Both the position numbers and the translations under genes were made by a program. From Candidatus Lokiarchaeum ossiferum (GTDB taxonomy: Archaea > Asgardarchaeota > Lokiarchaeia > Sigyniarchaeales > Promethearchaeaceae): 32,000 bases of DNA. Below are positions 30,861 through 32,000 of this stretch, in pieces; within the stretch, counting starts at the first letter, position 1, and each line of letters starts with the position of its first letter. The stretch spans positions 5,460,001 through 5,492,000 of the forward strand of contig CP104013.1 of assembly GCA_025839675.1 (NCBI GenBank), written 5' to 3'. The notes beneath the pieces are model-generated. The model was not told the origin of the DNA. It was given only the letters and a program-made list of their open reading frames with translations, and made no database searches.

Positions 30861-32000
30861 TTAATTTTTTGGAAATTTTACAATGAATTCTTCAAGCATA
30901 CTTTCAATAGAAGGTGTTCCTAAAGATTTGATATCATAATCAACGCGAACAATTGGTTTATTGCATTTGATTAATTTTCCTAAATCTATTGGGCTTCCAT
31001 CAATTACAACATCAGCAGGGACTGCATTAATTGTTTCTTCCATATCCTTGATTTGTTCATCATTGTATCCCATAGCTGGAACAATATCATCTAATTGTGG
31101 GAATTCTTTGAAGACTTTCTTCATTCCACCAACTAAATATGGTTTTGGATCAACTACTTTTCCGTTGTGTTCTCTGGCAGCAATCATACCTGCACCATAA
31201 GCCATGTTTCCATGAGTTAAGGTTGGACCATCTTCAACAACTAAAACATTTTTACCATCAATCATGCCTTCTTTTCCTGCTTCAACAGTAACGAGTGAAT
31301 TTGTTCTTAAAACTGCGGCCTTTGGATTCAATATCTTCATATTTTCTTCAACAATTTTAACATCTTCAGGTTTAGCAGAATTCAATTTGTTTAATACAAA
31401 AGCATGGCACATTCGGGCATTTACCTCACCAGGATGGAATTGAACTTCGTGGCCTGGTCGGAGAGGATCTACCACAGTGAACATTAAATCTGGAACGTAG
31501 AATGAAATTTCATTATTTCCACCGTCAAACACAATAATGTCTGCTTCCTTTTCGGCTTCATCTAAGATCTTTTGATAGTCAACACCAGAATAAATGACCA
31601 AACCTTGTTCAATATATGGTTCGTATTCTTCACGTTCTTCAATGGTGCATTTATATTTGTCTAAATCTGAATATTCTGCAAATCGCATGCAAGTTTGTTC
31701 GATTAAATCGCCATATGGCATTGGTTCTCGAACAGCTACCACTTTATATCCTTTTTCTTGTAAGAAGCGATATACTGCACGTGAGACTTGGGATTTTCCA
31801 CAGCCTGTTCGAACTGCTGTAATTGCAACAACTGGTTTGTTTGATTTAATTTGAGTATATTTTGGGGAAATAATTCGATAATTTGCTCCATAGGATAAGG
31901 CTCGTGACCCTTTGTGCATAACTTCTGCATGTGGAACGTCCGAATAGGCAAAAACTACTTCATCAATGCCATTATCTTTAATGAATGCTTCCATTCGTGG
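30861..32000 (-). CDS. Cyclic 2,3-diphosphoglycerate synthase-like P-loop protein (COG2403 predicted GTPase family), N-terminus outside window
   Basis: DEVVFAYSDVPHAEVMH, VVAITAVRTGCGKSQVSR (P-loop), VREPMPYGDL, CTIEEREEYEP, IVFDGGNN. The reading frame remains open to position 32000, and family members are about 440-460 aa. Confidence 0.7.
   Translation of the reverse strand, partial: PRMEAFIKDNGIDEVVFAYSDVPHAEVMHKGSRALSYGANYRIISPKYTQIKSNKPVVAITAVRTGCGKSQVSRAVYRFLQEKGYKVVAVREPMPYGDLIEQTCMRFAEYSDLDKYKCTIEEREEYEPYIEQGLVIYSGVDYQKILDEAEKEADIIVFDGGNNEISFYVPDLMFTVVDPLRPGHEVQFHPGEVNARMCHAFVLNKLNSAKPEDVKIVEENMKILNPKAAVLRTNSLVTVEAGKEGMIDGKNVLVVEDGPTLTHGNMAYGAGMIAAREHNGKVVDPKPYLVGGMKKVFKEFPQLDDIVPAMGYNDEQIKDMEETINAVPADVVIDGSPIDLGKLIKCNKPIVRVDYDIKSLGTPSIESMLEEFIVKFPKN

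Noticed and set aside
2985-31951. About 20 short ORFs (60-125 aa) in the track lying antisense to or nested within larger genes (for example 2985..3179, 4290..4496, 5897..6082, 8556..8831, 9691..9909, 10901..11173, 17343..17564, 18180..18392, 20560..20772, 21422..21655, 22234..22416, 22280..22483, 23221..23433, 23544..23744, 25861..26073, 27652..28029, 28278..28493, 29013..29312, 30961..31200, 31594..31854, 31616..31822, 31736..31951).
   Set aside because: Each overlaps a longer ORF with clear family motifs. Their translations are low-complexity or Cys/Phe/Ile-rich, as expected from antisense reading of AT-rich coding DNA. No independent start context or recognisable motif was seen.

Overview
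This is a strongly AT-rich (by eye, not computed) archaeal chromosomal segment. Archaeal markers are a two-repeat TATA-binding protein, a FAU-1-type RNase, an archaeosortase-like protein and oligo-T tracts after genes. The eukaryote-like content points to an Asgard (Lokiarchaeia-like) genome; that assignment is inference. I call 26 protein genes. I saw no rRNA, tRNA, CRISPR array, transposase or integrase.

The left two-thirds (1-19.7 kb) is an accessory-looking signalling region. It holds four Rag/Gtr-type small GTPases. Three have fused roadblock-like C-terminal domains, and two of those also carry an N-terminal longin-like domain. It also holds one Ras/Rab-like GTPase lacking the catalytic Gln, a stand-alone LRR protein, and three tandem diverged paralogues of a double-FtsX-module membrane protein (881-890 aa) with a large sequon-rich ectodomain and no transporter ATPase nearby.

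The most striking element is a 431-aa protein built as polybasic tail, then 22.7 copies of KAELEAKK (a near-perfect 24-bp tandem DNA repeat, predicted ER/K single alpha-helix), then a globular domain. It appears co-transcribed with the one Rag-like GTPase that lacks its own roadblock domain. I propose this pair as a candidate undescribed tether or split-Rag module.

The right third is mostly housekeeping and catabolic. It contains TBP, FAU-1, a stand-alone RAM domain next to an EamA/DMT transporter with a fused RAM-like tail, an Smr-less MutS2-like ATPase, and a minus-strand operon of cDPG-synthase-like P-loop protein, ornithine-type transcarbamylase, carbamate kinase and ornithine aminotransferase.

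All family assignments rest on motif recognition from memory and on internal paralogue comparison. No database search was run.
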